64,000 nucleotides of DNA from positions 1 to 64,000 of the forward strand of contig JBEGVH010000010.1 of assembly GCA_041178425.1 (NCBI GenBank), written 5' to 3'. Origin of the DNA: Pseudomonadota bacterium (GTDB taxonomy: Bacteria > Bdellovibrionota > Bdellovibrionia > Bdellovibrionales > Bdellovibrionaceae). The position numbers and the translations under genes are program-made. This document shows positions 12,658 to 22,802 of this stretch, in pieces. The notes beneath the pieces were generated by a model. The model saw only the letters and a list, made by a program, of their open reading frames with translations. It did no database searches and was not told the origin of the DNA. How positions within the stretch are numbered: the stretch's first letter is position 1; each line of letters begins with the position of its first letter.

Positions 12658-13535
12658 TGAGAAGCTCTTTTCCGTCGTAGATCTATAAAAGCCTCTTCGA
12701 GACTCCTTTTTTGGGGAATAATCTGAGTTATTTGATAATTTTCTTTTCGTTTTAAATCGATCGTTTGTTGAAGATCTCTTCTATTTACAGTTAAAGTCTC
12801 TAGGTTGCCGTCTAATCTAGCGATCGTCATGGTGAACTCTTCTATGCCATTCAAATCTAGTTCCAATAAGCTGCCTTCATAAATGATGGTGCCTTTATCA
12901 ATGATCACCAGGCGATCACACAGTTCTTCCATATCCTGGAGTAGATGACTGCTGAAAAAGATGGTCGTACCCTTAGCATGGAGATCCTTTATGATGTTCT
13001 TCACGAGTACCCGCCCATCAGGATCGAGGCCACTCATTGGCTCATCTAGGATCAAGAGCTCTGGTGAATGCATAATTGCCTGCGCGATTCCTATTCTCTG
13101 GAGCATACCCTTGGAAAACTGACGGAGACGCCAATATTTTGCACGTGCCAGGTCTACAGCGGCTAAAACAGTATCACACCGTTTTTCGAACTCTTCGTTA
13201 ATGGCAAGGCCCCTTAATTTCCAATGAAGGGACAAAAACTCATGGCCTGTGAGAAAATCATAAAAATAGGGTCGTTCTGGCATGAATCCGAGCTTTCGAC
13301 GCCCAAGAGTGGTTAGACCCTTTTCCCCAAAAAACTCAAATCCACCCTCTTGAGCTTTAATAAAACCAAGCAGCGACTTAATTGTAGTGGTTTTTCCCGC
13401 ACCATTTATACCAATGAATCCAGTGAGGGCTCCTTTAGGAATTGAAAAATTGATACCCTTGAGAACTTCTTTGGTAGTTCCGTCCGCAACGGTGAAGCTC
13501 TGCTTTAACTGGTTAACCCTAAGCGCAATTTCCAT
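12654..13535 (-). CDS. pilH: ABC transporter ATP-binding protein (PilH-like)
   Basis: GINGAGKT, FSKGMLQR, ILDEPMSGLDP and SSH motifs. Confidence 0.8.
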   Translation of the reverse strand: MEIALRVNQLKQSFTVADGTTKEVLKGINFSIPKGALTGFIGINGAGKTTTIKSLLGFIKAQEGGFEFFGEKGLTTLGRRKLGFMPERPYFYDFLTGHEFLSLHWKLRGLAINEEFEKRCDTVLAAVDLARAKYWRLRQFSKGMLQRIGIAQAIMHSPELLILDEPMSGLDPDGRVLVKNIIKDLHAKGTTIFFSSHLLQDMEELCDRLVIIDKGTIIYEGSLLELDLNGIEEFTMTIARLDGNLETLTVNRRDLQQTIDLKRKENYQITQIIPQKRSLEEAFIDLRRKRASQ

Positions 13536-13541
13536 TCTTTT

Positions 13542-13570
13542 ATTAGAATCAATGGTTCTAGACGAGTCAA
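13542..13570 (-). promoter_or_regulatory. sigma70-type promoter of pilH-pilI-pilD (probably leaderless)
   Basis: TTGACT-N17-TCTAAT ends 6 nt before the ATG; no SD sequence. Confidence 0.6.
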
Positions 13571-13646
13571 TAAACTTAGTTTGATCCGAGGTTTATGCTA
13601 AGTACGCTATTCCGGTCAGATCTACTTTCGGAGAATCCTCGATCAA

Positions 13647-13681
13647 AATAAAAAACCCCAACTTTTATCGTTGGGGTCTTT
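13647..13681 (-). terminator. intrinsic terminator after the cyclophilin gene
   Basis: ACCCCAAC-N7-GTTGGGGT stem followed by a T run on the minus strand. Confidence 0.75.
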
Positions 13682-13716
13682 ATTAATAATCTCAAAAAAA
13701 GTTGCTAACGGATGAT

Positions 13717-14418
13717 TTAATTATCAACTCTTTTAGCAGATTTGATCTCAATAACCGACTCAGGAACATCATCATATCCCTTTTTGCTCGTAGTTTTGGT
13801 TGTAGCGATCTTATCCACAACATCCATCCCTTCAACTACTTCTCCAAAAACAGCATAGCCCCAGCCTTGAATATTTTCGCCACTAAAATCGAGAAAGTTG
13901 TTATCCACTAAATTAATGAAAAACTGAGCGGAGGCACTGTGTGGATCCATTGTTCTCGCCATTGCAAGCGTGCCCCTTTTGTTCTTTAATCCGTTGTTTG
14001 CTTCATTTTTAATTGGGGCTCGAGTACTTTTTTGGCTGAGGTCTGGAGCGAAACCACCACCTTGAATCATGAAACCCTTAATCACACGATGGAAAATAGT
14101 GCCGCTATAAAAACCATCATCAACGTATTTTAAGAAATTTTCGACCGTTTTAGGTGCTTTTTCAGCATTCAACTTAATCTTAAATGACCCCTGGTTTGTT
14201 TCAAAAATCACTAACATGCTATTATTACCTTTCTTCACTTTTACACCATTCGTATCTTCAACTTTATTGGCTTCTTTTTTTTCTGTTCCTGACTTATCAA
14301 CCTCTTTCCCTTTGGCATTAGCCGCCTGAAAAAAAGTCAGCGTCACAAGGAAAAACGTTACTATATAAATCCAAAGAGCGACCCACCATGAAGTGGCTGG
14401 GCGTTGTTTTGAGTACAT
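13717..14418 (-). CDS. cyclophilin-type peptidyl-prolyl cis-trans isomerase with N-terminal signal peptide
   Basis: [28 protein letters not shown] and GYAVFGEV; hydrophobic N-terminus ending in ANA. Confidence 0.93.
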   Translation of the reverse strand: MYSKQRPATSWWVALWIYIVTFFLVTLTFFQAANAKGKEVDKSGTEKKEANKVEDTNGVKVKKGNNSMLVIFETNQGSFKIKLNAEKAPKTVENFLKYVDDGFYSGTIFHRVIKGFMIQGGGFAPDLSQKSTRAPIKNEANNGLKNKRGTLAMARTMDPHSASAQFFINLVDNNFLDFSGENIQGWGYAVFGEVVEGMDVVDKIATTKTTSKKGYDDVPESVIEIKSAKRVDN

Positions 14419-14494
14419 AAAATCCCCCTAAACTATAGGCTGTAGACCGTTTTGGATCTAACGGTCAAGTGGGCTCTACTCAGCTGCATTAAAA

Positions 14495-15886
14495 TTAATC
14501 AAAATTTTTGGACCAACGCGGCTTATAGTAGTTATTTTTATCGAAAGTTATCCGACGCTCATTTGTTCCATCGATATTAATAATAAAGACTTGATTTGTG
14601 CCCGTTCTATCGCTGGTAAACATCACATGTCGACCATCGGGAGAAAAAACTGGGTCTTCGTTTGTAGAGGGACGCCCATCAACCCTCTTAGCAGATGTCA
14701 GCCTTTCCAGGTGAGAACCATCTGCATCCATAATAAAGATATCATAGTGTCTTGCATCTAAACCTGCGAAAACTATTTTTTTACCGTCGGGTGACCATGA
14801 TGGCGATGAATTGTAAACACCCGCAAATGTTTTTCTTGATGCATTCGTACCATTGATGTCCATCACCCAAACCATGGGACGCCCACTTCTATCGGAGGAA
14901 AAAGCGACTTTTTTCCCGTCCGGACTCACGGCGGGCTCCACATTGAGCGCTCCACTAGGCCCATTTGTGAGGCGTTTCAATATTTTTCCATCGAGATCCA
15001 CTCTATAGATGTCTGAGTTGCCAGATTCGGAAATTGTCATTAAAATTGATTGCCCATCGGGATGAAAAAAACCTCCAGAGTTGAGCCCCATCCGGTAGGA
15101 TACTAACCACCGCTGCCCTTTCAACAAATCCAACATAAATAAATCTGGATTACGAAGCCCTTTGGGGCCTCTTTTTACAAAGGCGGTGTAAAGAATCTTT
15201 TTACCATCGGGAGACCAGTTTGGAGATAAGGCGATGGAATTATGAGAAGTTACCTTTTTAGGGTCACCTCCGTCCCAATCCATGATATAAATCTCTTTAA
15301 ACTTTGAACCTGCCTGACTTGCGGCCACCACAATTTTTGAGAGGAACATTCCCTCTTTTCCAGTTAGGGCTGAGATGAGATCATTAGAAAAGCTATGAGC
15401 AATCTTACTCAAATTGCTAATTCCACCTTTGTATTTTTTTGCCATGATTCGCTGAAGCTTTGGAACATGATAGGAATAGGTCTCGAGATTAATTTGATCT
15501 CCGGAAATGGTGTAGGTCATACGAATTAAGAATTCAGCACCGAGTGTTTTCCAACTTTCAAATTTAAACCCATTGGGCGCTTCCGTGATTGGAATTGGTG
15601 CTACTTTATCAGTATCCTCGAGAAAGCCATTATTATCTATGAAATCAAAATATCCCGTAACTTCTAGATCGTTTTTGATTGTTTTGTAGATTTCTGTTCC
15701 CACTCGCTGATACTGGGGCGCTGCAGAAGTACTTGCAACAAACTGTAATGTTGGAAACGCAAGAAGACTCTTTTTAACCTGCGCCTCGCCAACTTTAATG
15801 TATAAACCATCTGCAGTCTCCTGCCCCCACGAAACTGCACTTAAAATAGAGAATAAAAAAGAAAATAACACTAACCTTATAGCCAC
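14495..15886 (-). CDS. tolB: Tol-Pal system beta-propeller protein TolB
   Basis: Signal peptide, TolB N-domain and PD40 repeats (WSPDGKKI, FSPDG, FSSDRSG). Confidence 0.93.
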   Translation of the reverse strand: MAIRLVLFSFLFSILSAVSWGQETADGLYIKVGEAQVKKSLLAFPTLQFVASTSAAPQYQRVGTEIYKTIKNDLEVTGYFDFIDNNGFLEDTDKVAPIPITEAPNGFKFESWKTLGAEFLIRMTYTISGDQINLETYSYHVPKLQRIMAKKYKGGISNLSKIAHSFSNDLISALTGKEGMFLSKIVVAASQAGSKFKEIYIMDWDGGDPKKVTSHNSIALSPNWSPDGKKILYTAFVKRGPKGLRNPDLFMLDLLKGQRWLVSYRMGLNSGGFFHPDGQSILMTISESGNSDIYRVDLDGKILKRLTNGPSGALNVEPAVSPDGKKVAFSSDRSGRPMVWVMDINGTNASRKTFAGVYNSSPSWSPDGKKIVFAGLDARHYDIFIMDADGSHLERLTSAKRVDGRPSTNEDPVFSPDGRHVMFTSDRTGTNQVFIINIDGTNERRITFDKNNYYKPRWSKNFD

Positions 15887-15906
15887 ATAATCCTCCTGTT
15901 AATGAC

Positions 15907-16656
15907 TTATTCAGGAAATCCCAAAACCATTCCGTTCGTACTAACCATTGCCTTGAATTTCTCCGGTGGCATAGGAAACGGCGAGGCCTTTTTCACCGTT
16001 TCCAAAACAATTTCATCATAGGCAGGATTACCACTGCTTTTAATGAGCTGCGCATTTAAAAGCATGCCTTGCTCATCAACTAAAATTTTTACTTGGGCTT
16101 TGTAATCACCCTTGGCTAACCATTCTGGCAAACTCCAATATTGCTTAACATGGCGATCCAAACTTCCTAAATAATTTTCATGTTGTAGCTTATTCACTCC
16201 AGTTAATTCAGTACCCGGAGACAAGACGTTTCCTTTGAAGCTAGATATCTTTTTAGACAAGGCTTCGCGTTCCTTATCTTTCATCTCACTCTTAATTTTA
16301 TCTATAGCTAGCTGCTGCTTCAACCGCTTTATGGCATCAGCGGCACTCAATTTCGATTCATCAGATTTCGTTGAAGACTTGGATTTACTTATGATGACCT
16401 CAGGCTCTTCTTTAGATTCAGCCTTTGGAACTTCTTTTTTAGCTTCACTTTTTTCATCCTTCTTGATTTCGCTCTCGGTAACAGGGGGCTCGTTGGCTTT
16501 GAATTTATCTGGAAGCCCGACAATATCTACTCTAAGTGCTGGTTCAAAGAAAGTGACCTGAGGTGGAAACAGGAAGGCCTTGATGGTAAACAAAAGGATT
16601 ACCGTTAAATGCAATATCGTTGATAATAATAGGGGTAATTTTAAATCTTCATTCAT
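15907..16656 (-). CDS. tolA: TolA/TonB family protein
   Basis: N-terminal TM with SxxxH (STILH), charged linker and TonB_C-like SSGNPAYD; lies between tolR and tolB. Confidence 0.85.
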   Translation of the reverse strand: MNEDLKLPLLLSTILHLTVILLFTIKAFLFPPQVTFFEPALRVDIVGLPDKFKANEPPVTESEIKKDEKSEAKKEVPKAESKEEPEVIISKSKSSTKSDESKLSAADAIKRLKQQLAIDKIKSEMKDKEREALSKKISSFKGNVLSPGTELTGVNKLQHENYLGSLDRHVKQYWSLPEWLAKGDYKAQVKILVDEQGMLLNAQLIKSSGNPAYDEIVLETVKKASPFPMPPEKFKAMVSTNGMVLGFPE

Positions 16657-16658
16657 TT

Positions 16659-17078
16659 CTATTCAGTTTTGGGCAAAGTGACTAATCCGATATTATAAAT
16701 CCCCGCCCGACGAATTTCAGCCATTGTTTCAGCGACATAGCCATAGTCTACCGATCGGTCAGCCTGGAGGTAAATTTGCTTATTTTTACGTGTTTTAAAA
16801 ATTGCTCTCAACTTTTCGTGAAGACTTGCCAAGGCCAGGCTTTCCTTCCCAGCGGATATTTTTTTGTTTTTATGAATAACCAACACAAAGGGCTCATCGG
16901 TCGCTTGAATTCCAGACGAAGCTGTTTTTGGCAAATCAACTTCGATGCCTTGCTGCATGAGAGGCGTGGTGACCATGAACATAATAAGGAGAACCAACAT
17001 GACGTCTACTAACGGTGTCACGTTGATTTCGCTCATAGTGACACGACTTTTTCCGGATCCACCGAACTGGACACCCAT
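16659..17078 (-). CDS. tolR: TolR (ExbD family)
   Basis: SEINVTPLVDVMLVLLIMFMVT and LQADRSVDYG. Confidence 0.93.
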   Translation of the reverse strand: MGVQFGGSGKSRVTMSEINVTPLVDVMLVLLIMFMVTTPLMQQGIEVDLPKTASSGIQATDEPFVLVIHKNKKISAGKESLALASLHEKLRAIFKTRKNKQIYLQADRSVDYGYVAETMAEIRRAGIYNIGLVTLPKTE

Positions 17079-17081
17079 GGT

Positions 17082-17786
17082 TTACTCCCTAAAAAAGTTT
17101 CTTTTAGCGACATTTAAAAAATCGGCAGCAAAGTTGTTTAATACCAACTCCTGCTTCTTTATTTCTGAGATAAAGTGATTATAAAGCATAACCGCAGGGA
17201 TAGCCGCTGCAAGACCAATGGCCGTCGCTACAAGCGCCTCAGAAATACCAGGCGCAACCACGGCCAGAGTTGCCGAACCCATTTGTCCTATCTTCTGGAA
17301 AGAACTCATGATGCCCCAAACCGTACCAAAAAGGCCAATAAATGGCCCCGTGCTTCCAGTTGTAGCTAACCAGCTAGTTTTAGATTCCATTTTGGCCACT
17401 TCTAAATCTATGGCTTTTCTAACTGTTCTCTCAAGATTGTCGATTCCCGTTAGCTGCAAAAGCGTTCCCTGTTTTTTTTCACCGTGTGGCGATTCAGCCA
17501 ATCGCTTCATTTCGGAGTAACCCGCAGCAAAGACTCGGGCCAGACTGCTTCCAGGAAAACGATCTAGATTTTCAAAAATATGATCTAAAGAATTACTATT
17601 CTCAAACTTGACCAAAAAAGGCTCGTTCGCTGCTTTTAACACATTAAACTGTCTGTGTTTAAGATAGGCAACCGCCCAGCACAACACAGATAAGCTTATG
17701 AGCATCAGAAGCGTTAATTGCACCAATAAGCTGGCTTGCATAATGGCATCGAATGCCGAAGTATTAACGTGAACTGAATTCTCCAT
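17082..17786 (-). CDS. tolQ: TolQ (MotA/TolQ/ExbB family); start moved to the ATG with GGAGG RBS
   Basis: [21 protein letters not shown] and [17 protein letters not shown]. Confidence 0.93.
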   Translation of the reverse strand: MENSVHVNTSAFDAIMQASLLVQLTLLMLISLSVLCWAVAYLKHRQFNVLKAANEPFLVKFENSNSLDHIFENLDRFPGSSLARVFAAGYSEMKRLAESPHGEKKQGTLLQLTGIDNLERTVRKAIDLEVAKMESKTSWLATTGSTGPFIGLFGTVWGIMSSFQKIGQMGSATLAVVAPGISEALVATAIGLAAAIPAVMLYNHFISEIKKQELVLNNFAADFLNVAKRNFFRE

Positions 17787-17815
17787 GACCCCTCCGCGAG
17801 ATAACAAATCCCATG

Positions 17816-18691
17816 TTATCGAGAGGGTACAGACAAATCAACTCCTGTTCCGAGAGCCTTTAGTTTATTTCGTAGATACTTTGGCTTAGACGTAAGATAC
17901 CCGGCAGCTCCAATTTCAAGGGCTTTGTCTACTGAAGACTGCGTCATGAGTGGTCCGAGTATAAACACCTTTTGTCTACGATTAACCTCTTCCTTTAGAG
18001 CCTCTGATACTGCTGATACTCCTCGCTCTGAAAGAGGAGAAAGTAAAAAGTCCCCATCAGCTGGAGCAATGGGCTCTAACCAAAGCGAACCCAACATTAA
18101 CATCCTCACCCGCTGACCGATTCCCGTACCATAAAGAAATTCCGGCAATAGCTTCTTTATGCTACCAACAACATTATCAAATTCACTATGGATGAGAACA
18201 TTTTGACCTTTTCCATATTTTTTTAAAACTGGCTGCAATCGCAAATCAATATTTTCGATATTGTCATCGATCCACAAAAAGAGGGGCACCTGAGGAAATG
18301 CACCAAGAATTTTCTCCAATTCTAATGGAGACGTTCCATCTCCGAGATTTATTTTTTGAACCTCACTATCGGACAATTCATGAAATTTGCGAGCGAAACC
18401 CTGATTATGGAGCTCTAACCCCTGAGGGACAGCATAAAAATGATTGTTTGCGTTTAACTTGACGTTAACGGCGAGCATAAACCCATCCTTAGCAGCATCA
18501 CTCAAGGCTGCAATCGTATGAGAAGGAGCCTCCTCAGAACTTCCGCCAAACGCTAGAATCCACGGGCGAGGAGAACTCAAAATGGGATGCTCAAACGCCT
18601 GAAATTGCTGACTTAGACCATAAAATCTAAGAGTAAAAAGAACGCATATGGTAAGAATTAGGACCCCAAAGGTTATTTTTATTATCTGCAT
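17816..18691 (-). CDS. membrane-anchored glycerophosphodiester phosphodiesterase-like protein, catalytic motifs degenerate
   Basis: The pattern ILAFGG...APSHTIAAL...LELEKIL...[10 protein letters not shown] follows the GDPD TIM barrel, but HRG, ENT and ExD are altered. Confidence 0.65.
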   Translation of the reverse strand: MQIIKITFGVLILTICVLFTLRFYGLSQQFQAFEHPILSSPRPWILAFGGSSEEAPSHTIAALSDAAKDGFMLAVNVKLNANNHFYAVPQGLELHNQGFARKFHELSDSEVQKINLGDGTSPLELEKILGAFPQVPLFLWIDDNIENIDLRLQPVLKKYGKGQNVLIHSEFDNVVGSIKKLLPEFLYGTGIGQRVRMLMLGSLWLEPIAPADGDFLLSPLSERGVSAVSEALKEEVNRRQKVFILGPLMTQSSVDKALEIGAAGYLTSKPKYLRNKLKALGTGVDLSVPSR

Positions 18692-18713
18692 TTTGTAGTC
18701 TTATCCCCTCTAC

Positions 18714-18748
18714 TTATCAAATACGGTATTTTTTAACGTATTTGATAA
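18714..18748. promoter_or_regulatory. perfect 12-bp inverted repeat, candidate operator
   Basis: TTATCAAATACG-N11-CGTATTTGATAA between the divergent tol and rrf2-suf operons. Confidence 0.6.
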
Positions 18749-18819
18749 AAATTTGATGAATTTCCTTTGATTTTCGCTTAAAAGCTCAACTAGATGGCAA
18801 GCAATTTTGAGGAATTCCA

Positions 18820-19317
18820 ATGTTTAAGCTAAATCGCAAGGTAGAATACGCCCTGATAGCTCTGAAACACATGTTTCATAAGCGTCCGGGAGAACTCACC
18901 ACCGCCAAAGAAATTTCTGACACCTACGGATGTTCTTTTGACACAATAGCGCGAGTTTTGCAAATTCTGGCACATAAAAACTGGCTCCACTCCTCTCATG
19001 GCGCAACAGGCGGCTATGTTATTGTTAAAGACCTGAGTAAAATGAGTTTTTACCAGCTCTCCGAAACTCTTATTGGCCCACTAAGACTCGTTAAATGTCT
19101 CTCTGGATCCTGCAAAATAAAAAGTAACTGTAATATTGTTAGCCCTGTTCAGGTATTGAACGATCGCCTCGTCGATGTTTACCAAAAGCTTTCTGTGCAA
19201 GAGATCATTGAAAGCGAAATCAACCCTGCGGCTAAAAGGCTGCAAAAAAATCCTTCCAAGTCCCTTAAATCAGAAGGCCTCTCTCAATCCATTAATATTA
19301 AGGAATGCAACCAATGA
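18820..19317 (+). CDS. Rrf2 family transcriptional regulator (IscR-like)
   Basis: EYALIAL, w[12 protein letters not shown] and three Cys (C-x4-C-x5-C); first gene of the suf operon. Confidence 0.9.
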   Translation: MFKLNRKVEYALIALKHMFHKRPGELTTAKEISDTYGCSFDTIARVLQILAHKNWLHSSHGATGGYVIVKDLSKMSFYQLSETLIGPLRLVKCLSGSCKIKSNCNIVSPVQVLNDRLVDVYQKLSVQEIIESEINPAAKRLQKNPSKSLKSEGLSQSINIKECNQ

Positions 19318-20732
19318 ATGAAAATGAGTACAAATATGGTTTTGAAACTCAAATTGAGTCCGAAACTGCTCCTAAAGGGCTCAGTGAAGAGACCATTCGC
19401 TGGATTTCTGCAAAAAAGAACGAACCCGATTTTCTTTTAGAATTCAGACTAAAAGCTTTTAAACACTGGCAGTCACTCGTTGAGCCCCAGTGGGCAAAAG
19501 TGGAATACACCGCCATCGACTTTCAGGATATTAGTTATTTTTCGGCACCGAAACAAAAAAAAGAGTCTCCCAAGAGCCTTGATGAGATCGATCCGGAACT
19601 TCTAAAAACTTTTGAACGCTTGGGAATTCCTCTTCAAGAGCAAAAGAGAATCAGTGGCATCGCCATGGATGTGGTTTTCGATAGCGTTTCCATAGCGACT
19701 ACGCACAAAGAGGAACTTGATAAAGTTGGCGTTATTTTTTGCCCTATATCTGAAGCTGTTAAAAAATATCCTGACTTAGTAAAAAAATATCTCGGATCTG
19801 TCGTACCCATCTCGGATAATTTTTATTCTGCGCTCAATTCAGCTGTATTCAGCGATGGATCCTTTGTTTATATTCCGAAGGGCGTGCGATGCCCTATTGA
19901 TCTGTCTACTTACTTCAGAATAAACGCCAAAGAAACTGGTCAGTTCGAGAGAACACTCATTGTGGCAGACGAAGGTAGTTTTGTGAATTATCTTGAGGGC
20001 TGCACGGCCCCCCAGAGAGATGAAAACCAACTCCACGCTGCCGTTGTAGAACTGGTTGCTCTTGAAAATGCAGAAATTAAATATTCCACAGTACAGAATT
20101 GGTATACGGGCGATAAACATGGCAAGGGTGGCATCTATAATTTTGTGACCAAAAGAGGTAAGTGCGCCGGAGCTCGATCAAAAATTTCTTGGACCCAAGT
20201 TGAATCTGGATCCGCGATCACGTGGAAGTATCCGAGTGTTATTCTTCAGGGAGAATCTTCTGAAGCGGCCTTCTACTCTGTTGCATTAACCCATGACTAT
20301 ATGCAGGCAGATACAGGCACAAAAATGATTCATATCGGGCCAAACACTCGAAGTACCATTATATCCAAAGGGATCTCGACCGGACACTCTTCTAATGCCT
20401 ACAGAGGTCTGGTTAAAGTTTTACCTTCTGCTAAGAACGCTCGAAATTACTCTCAATGCGATTCAATGCTCGTGGGAGACAAATGCAGTGCCCACACAGT
20501 TCCTTATATTGAGATTAAAAATCCAACGGCAATATTAGAGCATGAAGCATCGACCTCGAGAATTTCTGAAGATCAACTTTTTTATATGCAATCGAGAGGT
20601 CTCGATAATGAAAAAGCAATCTCGATGCTCGTCAATGGTTTTTGTAAAGAGGTTTTCAAGGAACTGCCCCTTGAATTTTCCGTAGAGGCTGTAAAATTAA
20701 TTGAAATGAAGCTCGAAAATAGCGTGGGCTAA
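19314..20732 (+). CDS. sufB: Fe-S cluster assembly protein SufB (start moved to the ATGA overlap)
   Basis: [29 protein letters not shown] and QADTGTKM. Confidence 0.97.
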   Translation: MNENEYKYGFETQIESETAPKGLSEETIRWISAKKNEPDFLLEFRLKAFKHWQSLVEPQWAKVEYTAIDFQDISYFSAPKQKKESPKSLDEIDPELLKTFERLGIPLQEQKRISGIAMDVVFDSVSIATTHKEELDKVGVIFCPISEAVKKYPDLVKKYLGSVVPISDNFYSALNSAVFSDGSFVYIPKGVRCPIDLSTYFRINAKETGQFERTLIVADEGSFVNYLEGCTAPQRDENQLHAAVVELVALENAEIKYSTVQNWYTGDKHGKGGIYNFVTKRGKCAGARSKISWTQVESGSAITWKYPSVILQGESSEAAFYSVALTHDYMQADTGTKMIHIGPNTRSTIISKGISTGHSSNAYRGLVKVLPSAKNARNYSQCDSMLVGDKCSAHTVPYIEIKNPTAILEHEASTSRISEDQLFYMQSRGLDNEKAISMLVNGFCKEVFKELPLEFSVEAVKLIEMKLENSVG

Positions 20733-20748
20733 AATAAGAGAGGAATTT

Positions 20749-21498
20749 ATGTTAGAAATCAAAAACCTTCATGCACGCGTATCAGAGAAAGAAATCCTCA
20801 AAGGCTTAAACCTAAAAGTTAATGCCGGCGAAGTCCATGCGATCATGGGCCCGAATGGATCAGGAAAAAGTAGTTTATCAAAGGTTCTCGCTGGCCACCC
20901 TAATTACGAGGTCACATCTGGCGAAATTCTTTTTGATATCAATTTTCAAAAGACTGATTTATTAGGGCTCGAACCCGACCAGAGAGCCAAAGAAGGCATC
21001 TTTCTCGCCTATCAATACCCTATTGAGGTACCGGGCGTTTCCAATTTTAGTTTTTTATTTGAATCATTCAATGCCATTTGTGAGCACCAAGGTGCACCGA
21101 GGATGAAAGAAGAGCAATTTCGATCCTACTTAATTGAAAAAATGAAGTTAGTACAAATGCGACCTGAGTTTATCGATCGCCCAGTTAATGTGGGGTTCTC
21201 GGGCGGAGAAAAGAAAAGAAATGAAATTCTGCAAATGGCGATTCTCTCTCCCCGCCTGGCGATTCTTGATGAAACTGATTCTGGGTTAGATATTGACGCC
21301 CTTCGTATCGTTGCAGAAGGAGTTAATAAACTCCGGTCTTCTGAAAATGCAATACTCCTAATTACCCATTACCAGCGACTGCTGGATTATATCCAACCAG
21401 ATTATGTCCACGTTCTTGCTGGCGGAAAAATTATTGAAACGGGCGATCGTAGCTTAGCGCTAAAATTAGAAGAGAAGGGTTACGACTGGTTAATGTAA
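20749..21498 (+). CDS. sufC: Fe-S cluster assembly ATPase SufC
   Basis: MGPNGSGKS, GFSGGEKKRNE, LDETDSGLD and ITHYQRLL. Confidence 0.97.
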   Translation: MLEIKNLHARVSEKEILKGLNLKVNAGEVHAIMGPNGSGKSSLSKVLAGHPNYEVTSGEILFDINFQKTDLLGLEPDQRAKEGIFLAYQYPIEVPGVSNFSFLFESFNAICEHQGAPRMKEEQFRSYLIEKMKLVQMRPEFIDRPVNVGFSGGEKKRNEILQMAILSPRLAILDETDSGLDIDALRIVAEGVNKLRSSENAILLITHYQRLLDYIQPDYVHVLAGGKIIETGDRSLALKLEEKGYDWLM

Positions 21499-21524
21499 CT
21501 TCGGCCAGCAACGAGAGGCAAATT

Positions 21525-22802
21525 ATGGACTTTATAAAATATGCTAGCAAGCTAAACAGCAGACCAGGGGAGCCTCAGGGCTATCAACTCATCAGAAATC
21601 TCGGCATTAGAGCTTTTGAAACCCTGAGCTGGCCCACTAAAAAACAAGAGGGCTGGAGATATTCTCCTGTTCAACAGCTGAGCGATGGATTTATTCCGGC
21701 CAACGATGACCAGAATAAGGAGATCCTGGACACCAGTAGTCTTCTGCAGAGCTTGAGCCATCTCGGTTTTTATACCGTACTTATTCACAACGGACAGCTG
21801 ATCGATTGTCCTAAGGAACTTAGAGAAGAAATTGAAATTCTAACTCTAAAGCAAGCTTTAGAAAAAGGCCTTATTGATTCTTTGGATTTCTCCGAATTAA
21901 ATGATCCCCTCGAAGCTCTTAATGTCAGCTTTTTTGATCGAGGATTTTACGTTCATATTCCTGAAAAAGTGGTTGTAGAAAAGCCTATCAATTGGGTTCA
22001 ACTTTATTCGGCTACAGAAGAAAAGCCGCTATTCTCTTCGCGGTTGCACATTCGCTTAGGTAAAGATGCGAAATGCAAATTTATTGAAAATCATCAGTGG
22101 CCCAACCAAACAGAATCAATATGGCTTAATCACTCAACCAAACTGCATCTTGACGAAGGAGCACAAGCTCAATTTATTCAATGGAGAGAGTTGAGCGAAA
22201 ATCAACAAGACACTACTAGACTGATTATTAAATTAGAAAGTAAAGCTGATCTTCACTGTCTCCATAGCTCTCTCTCAAGAGGCTGGAGTCGTAGCGATGT
22301 AAACATAAACTTCGTTGGTTCTAACGCCGAATGCAGAATTCATGGAATTGGACTCTCACAAAAAAAGGGAATTGTAGATCAACAGACAAAATTGATTTTC
22401 GATGGTCTCAACAATAAAAGTGAACAAATTTGCAAAAACTTACTCCTCGACCAATCACGAGCAATCTTTAATGGGAGAATTAATATTAGGCCCGACGCTC
22501 AAAAAACTGACTCTTCTCAATTACACCAAAGTTTGTTACTGAGTGAAAATGCCGAAGTCGATACCAAGCCAGAGCTGGAAATTTATGCCGACGATGTTAA
22601 GGCTACTCACGGAGCCACTGTTGGCCAATTAAACGCTGATGAAATTTTTTATTTTCAGAGCCGCGGTATCTCGAAAGAGCGAGCCTATTCTATACTTTGT
22701 TATGCTTTTCTGTACGATTTAGTGGAACAAATTGCGGACTCGAGCATACAAAAATATTTGAAAGCCCGAATTGAAACTTACTGGAAAGGGCCTCTGACAT
22801 GA
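21525..22802 (+). CDS. sufD: Fe-S cluster assembly protein SufD
   Basis: FNGRINI, KPELEIYADDVKATHGATVG and FYFQSRGI. Confidence 0.95.
   Translation: MDFIKYASKLNSRPGEPQGYQLIRNLGIRAFETLSWPTKKQEGWRYSPVQQLSDGFIPANDDQNKEILDTSSLLQSLSHLGFYTVLIHNGQLIDCPKELREEIEILTLKQALEKGLIDSLDFSELNDPLEALNVSFFDRGFYVHIPEKVVVEKPINWVQLYSATEEKPLFSSRLHIRLGKDAKCKFIENHQWPNQTESIWLNHSTKLHLDEGAQAQFIQWRELSENQQDTTRLIIKLESKADLHCLHSSLSRGWSRSDVNINFVGSNAECRIHGIGLSQKKGIVDQQTKLIFDGLNNKSEQICKNLLLDQSRAIFNGRINIRPDAQKTDSSQLHQSLLLSENAEVDTKPELEIYADDVKATHGATVGQLNADEIFYFQSRGISKERAYSILCYAFLYDLVEQIADSSIQKYLKARIETYWKGPLT

Noticed and set aside
14445..14466. GACCGTT-N8-AACGGTC inverted repeat after tolB
   Set aside because: A short stem with no U-tract; it cannot be distinguished as terminator, operator or chance.
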